A stretch of 64,000 nt of DNA from the NCBI RefSeq assembly GCF_020745735.1, contig NC_083409.1:8483534-8547533 (forward strand). Direction: 5' to 3'. The position numbers and the translations under genes are program-made. How positions within the stretch are numbered: position 1 is the first letter of the stretch; each line of letters opens with the position of its first letter. Source of the DNA: Hemiscyllium ocellatum. Taxonomy: Eukaryota. Below, piece after piece: positions 48,211 to 60,634 of the stretch. Below the pieces are notes generated by a model. The model was not told where the DNA came from. It did not search any database and saw only the letters and a program-made list of their open reading frames with translations.

Positions 48211-48659
48211 CCAGTAAGTCTGGCTCCTCCGTCCTGACTGCTCTTAGCTGCTGTGATGGTCACTGATTGGACCCTTATTATTAGAGATTCTGACCACAGC
48301 GGAAAGCCCCAATGTAAAAAATAACTGCAAAGACTGTCAGAGCACAAGGTTGAAACTTCACCAAAAGAGGAAGTGAAAGAAGGAGCTCGGAGCAGCTGGA
48401 CGTTTGTTAATGAGACGGGAGAAAACTGTGAACTGTCTGCACTACCTGGAACCTGACAGCACAGAAGGCTGGTTCTGGGATTTTTCTTTTCAGAAACAGC
48501 ACAGTGATGGTAAAAAAGGACAGTCACTCTCTCACAAACACACACGCCTGCACTCGGAGATCAGAAACAGAATCCAGCAGCAGCTCTGTCTCCAAGCTGT
48601 GAAACCTGCACAGAATTGTTCTCTCATTCAGTTTATAACTGGCAGGAGTTGCCCTGGGA

Positions 48660-49110
48660 ATCCTCACCATTAACTATGGAACCCAGGATGCCTCGTAACA
48701 GCAGGTCTAACATGGGGTAAGAAACCTCCTGCTGATTACCACATAGCACCGCCCTCCCCTCCAACCTCAACTGAGCAGTCAGTCCTCCTCTGTGTTGAAC
48801 AACACTTGGAGGGGGCACAGAGGATGGGAATGATGCAGGATATACTCTGAGTAAGGGACTTCAAAGTCCACCATCAAGAGCTGCTCAGAAGCATCACTAC
48901 TAAGCAAACTGGTCAAGTTCCACCTGATTCAGCTGCTCGACTGGACATGGGCCAAAGTGGTGAGGGAACCAACAAGAGGAAAAAAATGTACTCACTATCA
49001 CCCTCACCAATCTGCCTGCTGCTGGTGTATCTGCCCATGACAGTATCAGTAAGAGTGACCGTCACACACTACGTGCGGAGACAAAATCCCATCTTCGCAT
49101 TGAGATTACC
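48660..49110 (+). mobile_element. Second LINE family endonuclease fragment
   Basis: GGGACTTCAAAGTCCACCATCAAGAG (GDFxVHH) and CAGTAAGAGTGACCGTCACAC (SDH) segments, as at 2740-2790. Confidence 0.6.
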
Positions 49111-50069
49111 TTACATTTTGTTGGGTAAGAGATATGGGATGCCAGGAAGAATTTTTTTTTTCGCAGCAATTGGTAATGGCTTGGAAATTAGTGCCACGTC
49201 AGGTGAGGCAGGGGAAGACACTCAGTGATTACAATGGCAGATTGGACGGGCTCTTGATGGAAATAAACCTGCAAGGCCCTGGGGGTAGAGTATGGGAGGG
49301 GCTGGGACTGACCGGATTGCTCCATGAAATGGCAGCATTTACACACTTAGTCTCACCTTTACACAAAGACTGGGAGAAACAGACAAACCAGTTCACAGAA
49401 GTGTTTTCTCAAGCAAAACACTCTTCAACCAATTCAGAGAACACACCAGTATAGATTTACGAGAATAAAGCAGCAAATCAATGGCAAGGGAACAGCGAAC
49501 CAAAAGTGATGGAACTGAACAGTATATTCAATAGCACAAACAACGAGAGAGGGAGGGATGAAGGGCAGGACGGCAGAGAGGATACTCTCGGGGTCTGAAA
49601 GCTCCGCTGTCAATGGTGGGATGGAGGAAGCAGCAATGGGCAGGAGACCAGAGACAGAAGATGGAAGGGGAGGGAGGGAAGGTGAGTCGACAGCAGGACA
49701 CACAGTGAAGGAGGAGGGACGCCATGGAGGCAATTGGCTGGCAGTGAGGTCAGATTCTGGAACAACTGTAGTTCTAAGACAGGGAAGGGACCACTCCATT
49801 TCAGACAAGTTGGGGTTTATGGAATGTGGCTTCAGGAAGCTGGGAGAGGACATTGAAATCATAGAGTCAGGAGGTGGGACGAGTAGGAATTGGGGTTTCT
49901 GTGGCCAAGAGGCTGAGGTAGTGCAGAGACAAACAATGATGTTCAGATTGAAATAAGAGACCTCTGTGATGGACAGGATGTGGGGTTACAGCTCAGGTAC
50001 TGGACAGTCCAGTGGGAAGGAGGCTCATGTTTACTGTTTATTGGTCCTATGGGAAGGTGTCCCATGTTT

Positions 50070-51600
50070 GCATCATCATAGAGTCATAGAGGTTTACAGC
50101 GTGGCATCATGCCCTGCAGCTCAATTCATCCATGCCGACCAAGTTTCCAAAAGTGAACTAGTCCCATCTGCATGCGTTTGGCCCAATCCTCTCTAAATCC
50201 TTCCTCTCCATGTTCCTGTAAACATGTCCTTGAACTGTAGTAATTGTACTCCCCTCTCCCACTTCCTCTGGCAGCTCATTACACATACACACCAACCTCT
50301 GTGTGAAAAATCTTGTCTCTCATGTCCCTTCTAATTCTTTCCATTCTCAACTTAAACCTATTCCTTCTCGTACTGGACTCTCCTACCCTGGGGAAAAATA
50401 AAAACTTTGGCTATTCACCTCATCTATGGCCCGAATGATTCTATAAACCTCTCTAAGGTCACCCCTCAATCTCCTGCATTTACTGGAAAAATCTCTCGGC
50501 CTATCCATCCTCGCCTTTAACCGAAACTCACCAACCTTGGTAACATCCCTGTTAATCTTTCTTTTACCCAAACTAGTGTAATAACTTCCTTCCAATAGCA
50601 GGATAAGCAGGAATGTACACAGTGTCCAAATGTGGCCTTACCAACGCCTTGTACAGCTGTAACATGATGTCCCATCTCCTGCACTCCCTGCTTTGACCAA
50701 TGAAGGTGAGCGTGCCAAATACCTTCTTCACCATCCTGTCTACCTGTAACGCTACTTTCAAGGAGCGGTGTACCTGTACCTCTCAGTTTATCTTTTCAGC
50801 AACACCATTAGTTCGACCATTAGTTGTGTAATTCCTGCCCTGGTTGGTCTTACCAAAATGCAACTCCTTACATTTATCGAAATTAAGCTCCATCTGGATT
50901 TGTTGACCCACTGGCCTAGTTGATGAAGATGACATTGCATTCTTCGATAACCTTCTTCCCTCCCCACGATGCCAACAATTTTAATGTCAGCCACAAACTT
51001 ACTGACCATTCCTGCTATTTTCTCATCCAAATTCTTCATATAAATGATGGATCCAGGATTGATTCTTGTGGCAGACGGCTGGTCACTGGCCTCCAATCTG
51101 AAGAACAACCCTCTCTCAACAGTCTCTGCCTCCTACCATCAGGCCCATTTTATATCCAATTAGATTAGATTACTTACAGTGTGGAAACAGGCCCTTCGGC
51201 CCAACAAGTCCACACCGACCCGCCAAAGCGCACCCACCCAGACCCATTCCCCTACATTACCCACGCACCTAACACTACGGGCAATTTAGCATGGCCAATT
51301 CACCTAACCTGCACATTTTTGGACTGTAGGAGGAAACCGGAGCACCCAGAGGAAACCCGCGCAGACACGGGGAGAATGTGCAAACTCCACACAGTCAGTC
51401 ACCTGAGGCGGGAACTGAACCCGGGTCTCTAGCGCTGTGAGGCAGCAGTGCTAACCACTGTGCCACTGTGCCGCCCATTAATTGGTTAGCTCTACCTGGA
51501 TCCTCTGTGATATAATCTTACTAAGCAGTCTACAATGGGGAACCTTATCTAAGGCCTTGCTAAAGTCCATGTCGATGATGTGTACTGATCTATCTTTATC
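50070..51600 (-). mobile_element. CR1 RT 3' portion interrupted by an HE1 SINE
   Basis: MVKKVFGTLTFIGQSRECRRWDIMLQLYKALVRPHL; SKFVAD; host sequence resumes after the SINE. Confidence 0.85.
51159..51476 (-). mobile_element. Full-length HE1-type tRNA-derived SINE
   Basis: Minus strand GGGCGGCACAGTGGCACAGTGGTTAGCACTGCTGCCTCACAGCGC...GGTTCAGTTCC (A/B boxes), conserved body, CR1-like GGGCCGAAGGGCC hairpin, (TCTAA)n tail; AATT on both sides. Confidence 0.93.
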
Positions 51601-51659
51601 TATTTATTTCTTCAAAAACTCAACTATCCACTTGCCTCCATTAGAAGGGCAAGTGAATA

Positions 51660-51910
51660 GGAGGACCACATTTACTGGTCTTCTTGGAGTATCCAGTCAG
51701 AAGGAGGTCCATGTTTACTAGTCTCCTTTGGAGTGTCCATTAGGAAGCAGGCCAACATTTCCTGGTCTTTATTGGAGGCTCAAGCAGGAACAATGCCCAT
51801 GTTTACTGGTCTCTGTTGGGAGCTTCAGTGGGAAGGAGGCCCATGTCTCTCCATGGGGCACTCTCGTGGACTGACATCCATGTTTACTGAACTCTGTTGG
51901 AGAGTCCAGT
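51660..51910. repeat. Degenerate ~44-bp tandem repeat, about 6 units
   Basis: Recurrent CCATGTTTACTGGTCTC..TTGGAG near 51668, 51709, 51753, 51797, 51841 and 51878. Confidence 0.6.
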
Positions 51911-52689
51911 GCATCGTGGACACCATGGTGGGTGTGGGGTTCAGTTCCTTTCTGTTGTAACTGTGTGATGGTCCAACCCTCATCCCAGTAAAACACCCTG
52001 ACTCAGAGACTGATCGTGGAAGGGGAAGGAGAGGGGAAGGGATTGGAACATGTTGTGAATGGGCAGTATGGGTCAGTAGGTCAGAGCCTGTCCTGTCCCT
52101 CCAGCTCACACTGATGGCTTGAGGATCTCCTCTCTCTGCAGGGCCTTCATGGAATGCGATTTGTGTTCAAACCAGTCCCCAGTGGGAATAGGCCAACAGC
52201 ACAAAACTGCCCTTCATTTAACACGAATCTGTCCATCTTCCTGAGAGATACCAAAAACTGGTCAATGTGGAAATAGGCCTTTACTCCAGGAGAAGGGTTA
52301 ACATCCATTTGTGGGGCAGAGCAGAGAGAGATTAATCCTGAATTCAACTGTCACCACCTGGGACACTGTGAGAAAGAGAGAGAAGCGAGACAGAGAAAGA
52401 GAAATAGAGGTCAAGTCGGATGCAGAGAAGGAGGGAGAGACAGATGGAGAAATAGAGAGGGGTAGGTAACATTTGGAAGCTTTCAATTGAAGTGAGAGTT
52501 GGAGCGAGTGACGGAGAAAGTGAGAGATGGAGAAAGATTATGAGACGGAGTGAGGAAGCGTGAGTGAGTTGGAGAGAGTGGCTATGAGACAGAGTGAGAG
52601 AGAGAGAATATGAGAGAGATTAACAGTGGGAGAGAGAGAGATAGATATAGAGAGATCAAAGTAGCAGATGTGAGACAGAAAGGGGAAAA

Positions 52690-53630
52690 GAGAGAGGTCC
52701 TCTTCACCACATTCTGGGAAGGATGTGATTGTCGTTGAAAGGGGGCAGAGGAGATTTCCCAGGATGCTGCCTGGGATGGAGGGTCAGCTATGCGGAAAGA
52801 TTGGAAAGGTTGAGGTTGTTTTCCTTGGAGAATTTAAGGTTGAGAGGGACCTGATAGAGAGGTATAAGATCATTGTTGGCAGTGATATGTTGCATAGGAA
52901 GGCACTTTATACAAGAGTAAAGGACACAATAACCAGGCACAGAGATTGAAGGTAACACAGACATAGACACATAGAAACTTGGAGCAGGAGCAGGCCATTC
53001 GGGCCTTTGAGTCTTGTGTGTCATTCAGTATGATCATGGCTGATCCTCTCTCTCAATGCTGTGTTACTGCTTTCTCCCCATTTCCTTCATGCTGTTAAAA
53101 TGCAAAACATCTATCTCTCTTTTTTTCTTGAATATATTCAGTTCCTTATCCTTCACAGCCGTTTGTGGGAGAGAATTCATCAGGTTGACCATCCTCTGAG
53201 TGAAGAAATGTTTCCTCATCTCAGTCCTAAATGGTCTACCCCGTATCTCCCTGAGACTGCGTCCCCTGGTTCCAGATTCCCCAACCAGGGAAATATCCTT
53301 CCTGCCCGGGCCTGTTAAAATGTTATATGTTTCAATCAGATCCCCTCTTATCCTTCTAAACTCGAGAAAGTCCAGGCCCAGTTGAGTTTCAGAGTGAGAG
53401 GAGAATTGAGGAGAAATGTTTTCACCCAGAGGGTGGTGGGAGTCTGGAACTCACTGACTGAAAGGCTGCTTGAGTCACAAACTCTCGTGACAATGGAGCA
53501 GTGTTTAGATATTCACACGTGTTGCTGTGGCCCCCAGGGTAACGGGCCAAGAGCTGGAGGATGGGACTAGTGTAATCAGATCTATGTTTACCAGCACAGA
53601 CACAATGGGCCAAATGGCCTCATTCAATGT
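52690..53630. mobile_element. Mixed-orientation CR1 3' fragments
   Basis: QRRFPRMLPGM (plus, 52745), inverted 3' end 52960-53380, NVFTQRVVGVWNSL (plus, 53415). Confidence 0.7.
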
Positions 53631-53651
53631 TGTTCACATCAATCACTCTCT

Positions 53652-53665
53652 GAGACAGACAGACA

Positions 53666-53711
<46 letters not shown>
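53652..53711. repeat. (GACA)n/(GA)n microsatellite
   Basis: Direct inspection. Confidence 0.95.
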
Positions 53712-53714
<3 letters not shown>

Positions 53715-53729
53715 GGAAGTGTGAGGGTC

Positions 53730-53810
53730 TGACGTGGCTCTCACTGCCTGATCCCATTTACATACTGAGGAACGCCCAGTCAGACTCTCACAGGCTGCAG
53801 CTTTATAAAG
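53730..53810 (+). promoter_or_regulatory. Ig light-chain V promoter: CRE-like TGACGT, variant octamer ATTTACAT, TATA box
   Basis: TGACGT 53730-53735; ATTTACAT 53756-53763 (canonical ATTTGCAT); TATAAA 53804-53809, 61 bp before the leader ATG. Confidence 0.75.
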
Positions 53811-53869
53811 CAGAGCCCAGTGAAGGGAGAGTTTATCAGGAACCAGGCACAGGAACAGGAACACACACC

Positions 53870-53918
53870 ATGATTTCACACATGCAGCTGATCTGGCCCC
53901 TGGCATTCTGTATCGCAG
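53870..53918 (+). pseudogene. IGKV: Ig kappa leader exon (MISHMQLIWPLAFCIAG)
   Basis: Hydrophobic signal peptide ending in phase 1 at GT 53919; 186-bp intron to acceptor TTCAG 54104. Confidence 0.9.
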
Positions 53919-54104
53919 GTACAAATCTCTCTCCTTCCACCTTGAATCTTTAGCTGCTCTCCATTTCACTCCAATTCCACTGACTTGTGATTGAAGGGAA
54001 AATGCTGAAACCAGAGGAATGCTCAGAGTCTCCAACAATCTCTCATTTAACAGGCTCTTTCTGTGACAGTTCTGACTTCACTGTGTTTCTCACTGACCCT
54101 TCAG

Positions 54105-54403
54105 GTATCAGTGGGGACATCATCATGACTCAGTCTTCCCCGCTGCTGTCAGTGGGACTGAGCCAGACTGCAACACTCACCTGTACGGCCAGGCAAAGCA
54201 TTGGCAACTACCTTGCTTGATACCAGCAGCGAGAAGGTCAGAAACCCTCTCCCTTGATCTATGATGCAACAAATCGATTCACAGGAGTCTCCGAGAGATT
54301 CACCGGCAGTGGATCAGGGACCAGTATCACCCTGAAAATCAGCAACGTTCAGAATAAGGATGTCGCTGACTATTACTGTCAGCAGCATTAGAGCTACCCT
54401 CGA
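54105..54403 (+). pseudogene. IGKV: Ig kappa (type III/NS4-like) V exon, pseudogene
   Basis: [97 protein letters not shown]. Conserved Trp is TGA (54218-54220); TAG at 54389-54391. Confidence 0.95.
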
Positions 54404-54431
54404 CATAATGATACAGAGCCGTACAAAAACC
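54404..54431 (+). other. V recombination signal (12-bp spacer) with mutated heptamer
   Basis: CATAATG + ATACAGAGCCGT (12) + ACAAAAACC. A 12-RSS on V indicates kappa type. Confidence 0.93.
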
Positions 54432-54839
54432 TCAAAGCACACAGAATCACCTCCTGTACTGACACATCCACAGTTATATAAAATGCATAATAATGGACAC
54501 ACAGTCCCACCGACTGAACTGATATGTCCCACAGTTAGATCTAAATGAAACGGAACACATTACCCAATTCTGGGATTGTCAATGTCCCCTACACACTCCA
54601 GTCGCTGTGGTGTCCACCGCTCACTGAAGGCCTCAAGTTTCCCCCTTACACTCCATGGCCACATGTGAAGAGCAGCTGCAAGATTTAACAACGAAAAATA
54701 AAGTTCACAACCCAGAGGCAGAGACAGAAAGACACATGAATGAGGGAGAGACTGAGAGGGGCACAAAGAGGGTGAGAGTGATCGACAGACTGGGAGACAG
54801 GGAGAAGTTGAGAGTGATGGGGGGTAGCTAGAGAGCTGA

Positions 54840-54878
54840 GGTGTTTGTACAGCCTCTGCACTGGGAGCTCTCACTGTG
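54840..54878 (-). other. J recombination signal (23-bp spacer)
   Basis: GGTGTTTGT (one mismatch to GGTTTTTGT) + 23 bp + perfect CACTGTG. Confidence 0.93.
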
Positions 54879-54913
54879 GCTTACGTTTGGTAAAGGAACC
54901 AAACTCCGACTGA
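54879..54913 (+). CDS. IGKJ: Ig kappa J segment (LTFGKGTKLRL), open, with donor GTAAGT
   Basis: FGxGT motif; splice donor 54914-54919. Confidence 0.95.
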
Positions 54914-55369
54914 GTAAGTAAACCTCAATCCTCTGTTATTAACCCTGTCAATACTGAAACTTTCTAAATCACAAATGCTGAATTGCTGCAGGTGTTAGTG
55001 GGGAGCTGCAGTGAATGAAATGGTTGATTGAGGAGCACTGTGTCTGACAGGATGTCCCGCTGTATCTCTTTAGTTCTATTGCCCCCTTTAAGCAACAAGA
55101 TATAAGTCAATATGTTTTACTCACTGTGTGGAGGAGCTCTGTCCATTTGCAGCCTGTGGTCCCATTCCTGCAGCATGGAGTGAAATCAGTGAGTAGCCTC
55201 CTGCCAGTCCCATTGTGACGGACACGGGCAAAGTTTGATGTGAGCTCTGGCTCCCTGTCCCAGTCTCTGATCTCACTGACCTCAGCAGCAGCAGCAGCAG
55301 CAGCAGCACAGTGAGACACAGAGCACCCACCTCCCCCAGCTTTAATACTGCTCAATCAGACAATCACAG

Positions 55370-55880
55370 AGTTGTTACAGTGCACACGGAGGCCGTTCTG
55401 CCCATCCTGTCTGTTCCGGCTCTCTGAATGAGCAATTCACTGAGTGTCATTCTCCTGCCTTCTCCCTGTCACTCTGCACATTGTTCCTTTTCAAATAACA
55501 GCCTCATTCCCTTTGGAATGTTTCAATTGAAACTGCCTCCACCACACTCTCAGGCAGTGCATTCCACACCTTAACCACCCACTGGCTAAAAATGTTGTTC
55601 CCTCATCTCACTTTTGCTTCTTTTACCAATTATTTTCAATCCATGACCTCTCCCTCGCAATTCTTTCTCAGGTGGGAACATTTTCTCCGGATTTACTCAG
55701 TTCAGACCCCTCCTGATTTTGAATTTCTCAATCAAATCTCCTCTGTGCCTTCTCTTCTCTGAGGAAAACAGTCCCAACTTCTCCAGTCTATCTTCATAAC
55801 TAACATCCCTCATCCTCGATGGGTCAGATAGCCCACTCCTGCTCCTATTTCTAATGTTCTTATTACCTTATGTTCCTATG
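55370..55880 (-). mobile_element. CR1 3' end fragments
   Basis: Antisense of GCTGTTATTTGAAAAGG.. and VWNALPESVVE segments with the GGCC hairpin near 55392. Confidence 0.7.
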
Positions 55881-56119
55881 TGAAAGACACACATCAGATT
55901 TCCGCTTAACACTCTGTGGCTGTACCTTCCCAGTCTTATTCCCAACACTCCGTGCAGTCCCATCCTTACGCAGTGACCCTGATTTAGAATTTATTACTCT
56001 CTCTCCCTCACTCTGAAACTGGGTAAGAAGTTCTATTCCTTATTCTGGTGCTATCTATCTCTCTCTGGATTCTGTGCCCCTCTGTGTTCCTCTGTGATAT
56101 TCCCTCCTGTATCCCACAG

Positions 56120-57060
56120 CCCAGCCAAGTTAGTTTAAACCCTCTCCAACAGCACGAGTAAATCATCCCAAAGGAACTCAGTCCCAGGTCTGTTCAGGAG
56201 CAGCCCATCTGGTCTGTACATGTCCATCTCCCCCCAAAGCGAGTCCCAATGTTAAAATAATCTGTAGCCCTTCCTCCTGGACTGTCTTTTCAGTTCCACA
56301 GTCACCTGTGCTATCCTCCTCTTTCTGTTCTCACTTGCGTGGGGCACTGGGGGTAATCTTGGAGATTCCTATTTTTGAGCTCCTGCTGCTAATTCCCTCT
56401 AGAACTCCCTAAATTCTGACTGGAGGACCACATCCCTTTCCTCCCTCTGTCACTGGGACCGATGTGGACCACCACTGCTGCCTGTTCCCCATCTCCCCTC
56501 AGGATGCTCTGCAGCTGCTCAGTGACAGACTTGACCCTGGCACCAGGGAGACAACACACCATCCTGGATTCCCATCTGCGGCTGCAGAAACACCTATCGA
56601 TGCCCTCACTCTCGAATCTCCTCTCGCTGTCGCTCTTCCAGTCTTCCTTGTGCCCCCCCCACCCTGTACAGCTGAGACCTCCCCCTCCCCCCCCCCCACC
56701 CCCCGTGGTGCCAGGGACTTGGCTCTGGCTGCACTCCCCAGATGAACCATCATTCTGATCAGGATTCCAAACTGAATCCTGGTTGGAGAGTGGGATGCAC
56801 TCACGGGATTCCTGTACTAGCTGCCTGGTCCTTTTGGACTGTCTGCTACTTCCCCATTCCCTCTTTTCCTGCATACTCTGAAACTGCAGAGTGACCACAT
56901 CTAGAAACGTGCTCTCCACGGAGCTCTCAGCCTCATGGACGCCCCGCACTAACACCAGCTGCTGCTCAAGCTCCAAAACCCGGAGTTCCAACTACAGTCA
57001 CTGACCACACTTCCTGTGCTTATGGTATTAGGAAGCAGGACAAGCAGTTCCCTCATGCAA
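56120..57060 (-). mobile_element. Older CR1 ORF1 remnant
   Basis: MELRVLELEQQL...ESRMVCCLPGARVKSVTEQLQSILRGDGEQAAVVVHIG parallels ORF1 at 23957. Confidence 0.85.
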
Positions 57061-57158
57061 CCTGATGCTCACCCTCACCACTCCCTGATTATCTTTTGTC
57101 AAAGTTCTTTTGAGAAACAGTAACCGCAGTGCTCACAATCCAGTCCTTTCAATTTCCG

Positions 57159-57502
57159 TAGAATCATAGAATTCCTACGGTATGGAAACAGGCCATTTGG
57201 TCCAACAAGTCCACACTGACCCTCCGAACAGTAACCCACCCAGACCCATTTCCCTACCTTTTTAACCTACATGTACTCATGACACATGTTCCTAACCTAC
57301 ACTATGGGCAAATTAGCATGGCCAATTCATCTAACCTGCACAGCTTTGGACTGTGGGAGGAAACCAGAGCACCCAGAGGAAATCCATGCAGGCACAGGGA
57401 GAACATGCAAACTCCACACAGACAGACGACCGAGGCTAGAATCAAACCTGGGTACATAGCGCTGTGAGGCAGCAGGGCTAACCACTGAGTGACCGTACTT
57501 CC
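57159..57502 (-). mobile_element. HE1-type SINE (older, near full length)
   Basis: Colinear with 51159-51476. Confidence 0.88.
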
Positions 57503-57544
57503 AGTTTTCCAGGGGTTAAAGGAACCTCTACATGAACTCAAAAT

Positions 57545-59200
57545 ACTTAAGATATAGGAGCAGAATTGGGCCAGTCAGAAGAGAGTCTGCTCTGCCATTT
57601 GATCTTGTGTGATGTGTTTCTCAACCCCATTCTCCTTTTAACTTTTGATCTCCTTACTAATTAAGAACCTATCTGTCTCTGTTTTAAACGCTCTCAACAC
57701 CGGGGCCTCCATAGACATCTGTGACAATGAATTCCGCAGATTCACCACCCTGTGGCTGAAGAAATGTTTCCTTATCTCAGTTCTGTCGGATCATTCTTCA
57801 CTCTGAGGCTTTGCCTTCGGGCCCTAGTTTCTTCTTTTCGTGGAAACACTTCTCTATGTTCTCCAGGCCTCTCAATATTCTGTAGTTTCAATAAGATTCC
57901 CCCCTCATCTTTCTAAACACAATTGTATACAGATCCAGAATCCTCAACCACTCTTTATATGACACTCCCTTCATTCCCAGGATCATTCGTATTCTTTCTC
58001 ACTTTTTCCTCTGGACCCTCTCCAATGACAGCATATCCTTCCTTAATAAGGAGACCAAAATTCCAAATGTGGTCTGATTACACGCTTATACAAACTCAGC
58101 AGTACACCTCTGACGTTAAAGTTAATGCTAACATTGTAATTGCCTTTCAAACAGCCAATGGTGAACCTGCACGTTAACCTTCAGAGAAACCTGAGCAAGG
58201 ACTCCCAATTCTCTTTGTGCTTCAGATTTCTGAAATCTTTCCTCACTTAGAAAACAGTCTGTGCCTCTATTCTTCCCACCAAAGTAAATAGCCTCACAAG
58301 TCCCCGCATTGTACTCCACCTGCCACTTTTTTGCACATTCTCCTAGCCTGACCAAGTCCTACTGCAATCTATCTCCCCCACCTCCTCAAATCAACCAGTC
58401 TTTTCACCAATTTTTGTGTCATCTACAAACATATGAACAATGTCTTCAGTTCCTTATCAAGATTGTTAATAGATAATGTGAATAGTTGTGGTCCCAACAC
58501 CGATCCCTGCGGCTCGACACAAAGCACCAACAGCCATCCAGAAAAAAATCCCTTTGTCCCTACTCTCGCCTTTGTGCCGGTCAGCCAATCCTCTACACTT
58601 CGCAGTGCCTTGCTCCTGACAGCATGGGCTCTTATTTGACTTAGCAGTCTCCTTAATTGTCCCCTGTCAAAGGCCTTGTGGAAATTCAAATGGATCACAT
58701 CCACTGGCTCTTCTTTGTCTAACTCATTTGTTACCTCCTCAAAGTTTTCTAACAGATTTATCAGGCATGCCTTTCTTTGATGAAGCTGTGCTGACTCAGC
58801 CCAATTTTACCAGGCTGCAATTTTACCAGACTTAAGGGTGAGATTCCAAATACCTGCAATCTCACCATTACTTAGACCTCTAAAATCTTACCAATGACCG
58901 TGGTCAGGCGAACCAGCTTGTAATGTCCATTCTCTGCCTTCCTCCTTTCTGAAACAGGGATGTTACATTCACTATTTTCTAGTCTTCTGGGACCACCCCG
59001 ACTCCAGTGATTTCTGAAAGATCACAGCCAATAGCCCTACAATTACCTTAGCTATCTCCATCGAAACTCTGGAGTGTAGTCCATCGGGTCTGAATGATTT
59101 ATCCACCTTCAGACCTTTCAGCTGCCTCAACCCCTCCACCTTAGTGAGGCCCTCTTCACTCACTTCTGCTCCTAACTCTCTTGAAGGTCAGGTGTACTGG
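57545..59200 (-). mobile_element. Decayed CR1 RT
   Basis: KVDKSFRPDGLHSRV, VEPQGSVLGPQLF, KKWQVEYNAGTCE. Confidence 0.85.
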
Positions 59201-59224
59201 CTGATATTTAAGCATCATGGTTAG

Positions 59225-60630
59225 CCACAGGTGAGGTCCCAGAAGACTGGAGGATAGCGAAAACTGTGCCATTGTTCAAAAAGGGCTGAAAAACAAAAGC
59301 CTGAGAACTATAAGCTTAACATTTGTGTTGGGCAAGTTGTTTGATAAGATAAGATACACATGCATTTGGAAAGTGTGGATTTGATTAGGAGTTGTCAGCA
59401 TGACTTTGTGAGTGGGAGAATATGCCTCACAAATTTGTTAAGGTACTTTGATGAATTGACCAGGAAGGTTGATGAGGGCAGGATGGTAGAAGTGGTCTAT
59501 ATGGCCTTTGATAAGGTTCCACATGGTAGGCTGTTATGGAAGGTTAGATTGCATGGAATCCAAGGTGACCTGGCAAATTGGATACACAATTGGCTTGATG
59601 GTAGAAAGCACAGGGTAATCGGGGAAGAATCCTTATTTTACTGGAGGCCTGTGACTAGTGGAGAGCCTCAGGAGTCAGTGCTGGGCCCATTGCTGTTTGT
59701 TATCTATATCAATGTTATTGATGAGAATGCACAAGGCATGGTTAGTTAGTTTGTTGATGACACTCAAATAAGCAGCATCGTGGACAGTGCGGACAGTTAT
59801 CAGAAATTGCAGCAGGACCTTGCTCAGCTGGGGAAGTGGGCCGAGAAATGACAAATAGAGTTTAATACAGATAAATGTGAGGTCTTGTATTTTGGGAATT
59901 TAAGGCAAGGTAGGAGTTTCATGGTGAAAGATAGGGCTTTACGAATATAGTGGAAAAGAGGGTCCTTAGAATTCAGGTAAGCAGTTCTCTGAAATTGGAG
60001 TCACAGGTAGATAGAGCAGAGAAGAGAGCTTTTTGTGCAGTGCCCTTCATCAGTCAGGGCATTGACTACAGACGTTGGGAAGTTATGCTGCAGTTATACA
60101 GGATATTGGTGAAGCCACACTTGGAATATTGTGTTCAATTTTGGTCACTTTGTTACAGGAAGGATGTTATTAAACTGAAAAGAGTGCAGAAGAAATTTGC
60201 AAGGATGTTGCCAGGATTCAATGGTTTGAGTTAAAGGGTAAGTACGTTTTTCTTTAGAGTGTAGGAGACTGAGGGAGGACCTCTTCAGATCATGAGAGGC
60301 ATGGATAGGGTGAATTCACTCAGTCTTTTGCCCAAGGTTTGCGAATATGGACTACAGCTCATTAGTTTAAGGTTAGAGGGGAAAGAATAAAAGGGAACCT
60401 GAGGAGCAACCCTTTTTACACATAGGATTGTTCGTATATGGAATGAGCTGCCAGTGGAAGTGGTTGAGGTGGGTACATTAATAACATTTAAAAGGCATTT
60501 GGAAAAAATACAGCAAAGGAAAGGATTCAGAAGGATACGGGCCAAGTGCAGGATTAGCGTGAATGGACATTTTGGTTGGCATGGACCAGTATGGTCCAAA
60601 TGGCCTGGGACCATGCTGTAGGACTCTGTG
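59225..60630 (+). mobile_element. Decayed CR1 RT to 3' end
   Basis: SCQHDFVSGRICLTNLL, GEPQESVLGPLLF, LVKPHLEYCVQFWS. Confidence 0.88.
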
Positions 60631-60634
60631 ACAT

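Noticed and set aside
53870-54913. Germline-joined VJ gene
   Set aside because: Both RSSs and 475 bp of intervening DNA are present, so the cluster is unrearranged.
48500-55313. Extra RSS heptamers at 48500, 55036, 55122 and 55307
   Set aside because: No nonamer at 12- or 23-bp spacing and no V/J coding sequence adjacent.
55121-55330. Signal-peptide-like ORF MGALCLTVLLLLLLLL...
   Set aside because: It starts at GTG only ~10 nt after the TATA-like box, and the poly-Leu is a (CTG)n microsatellite. Kept only as a possible non-coding exon.
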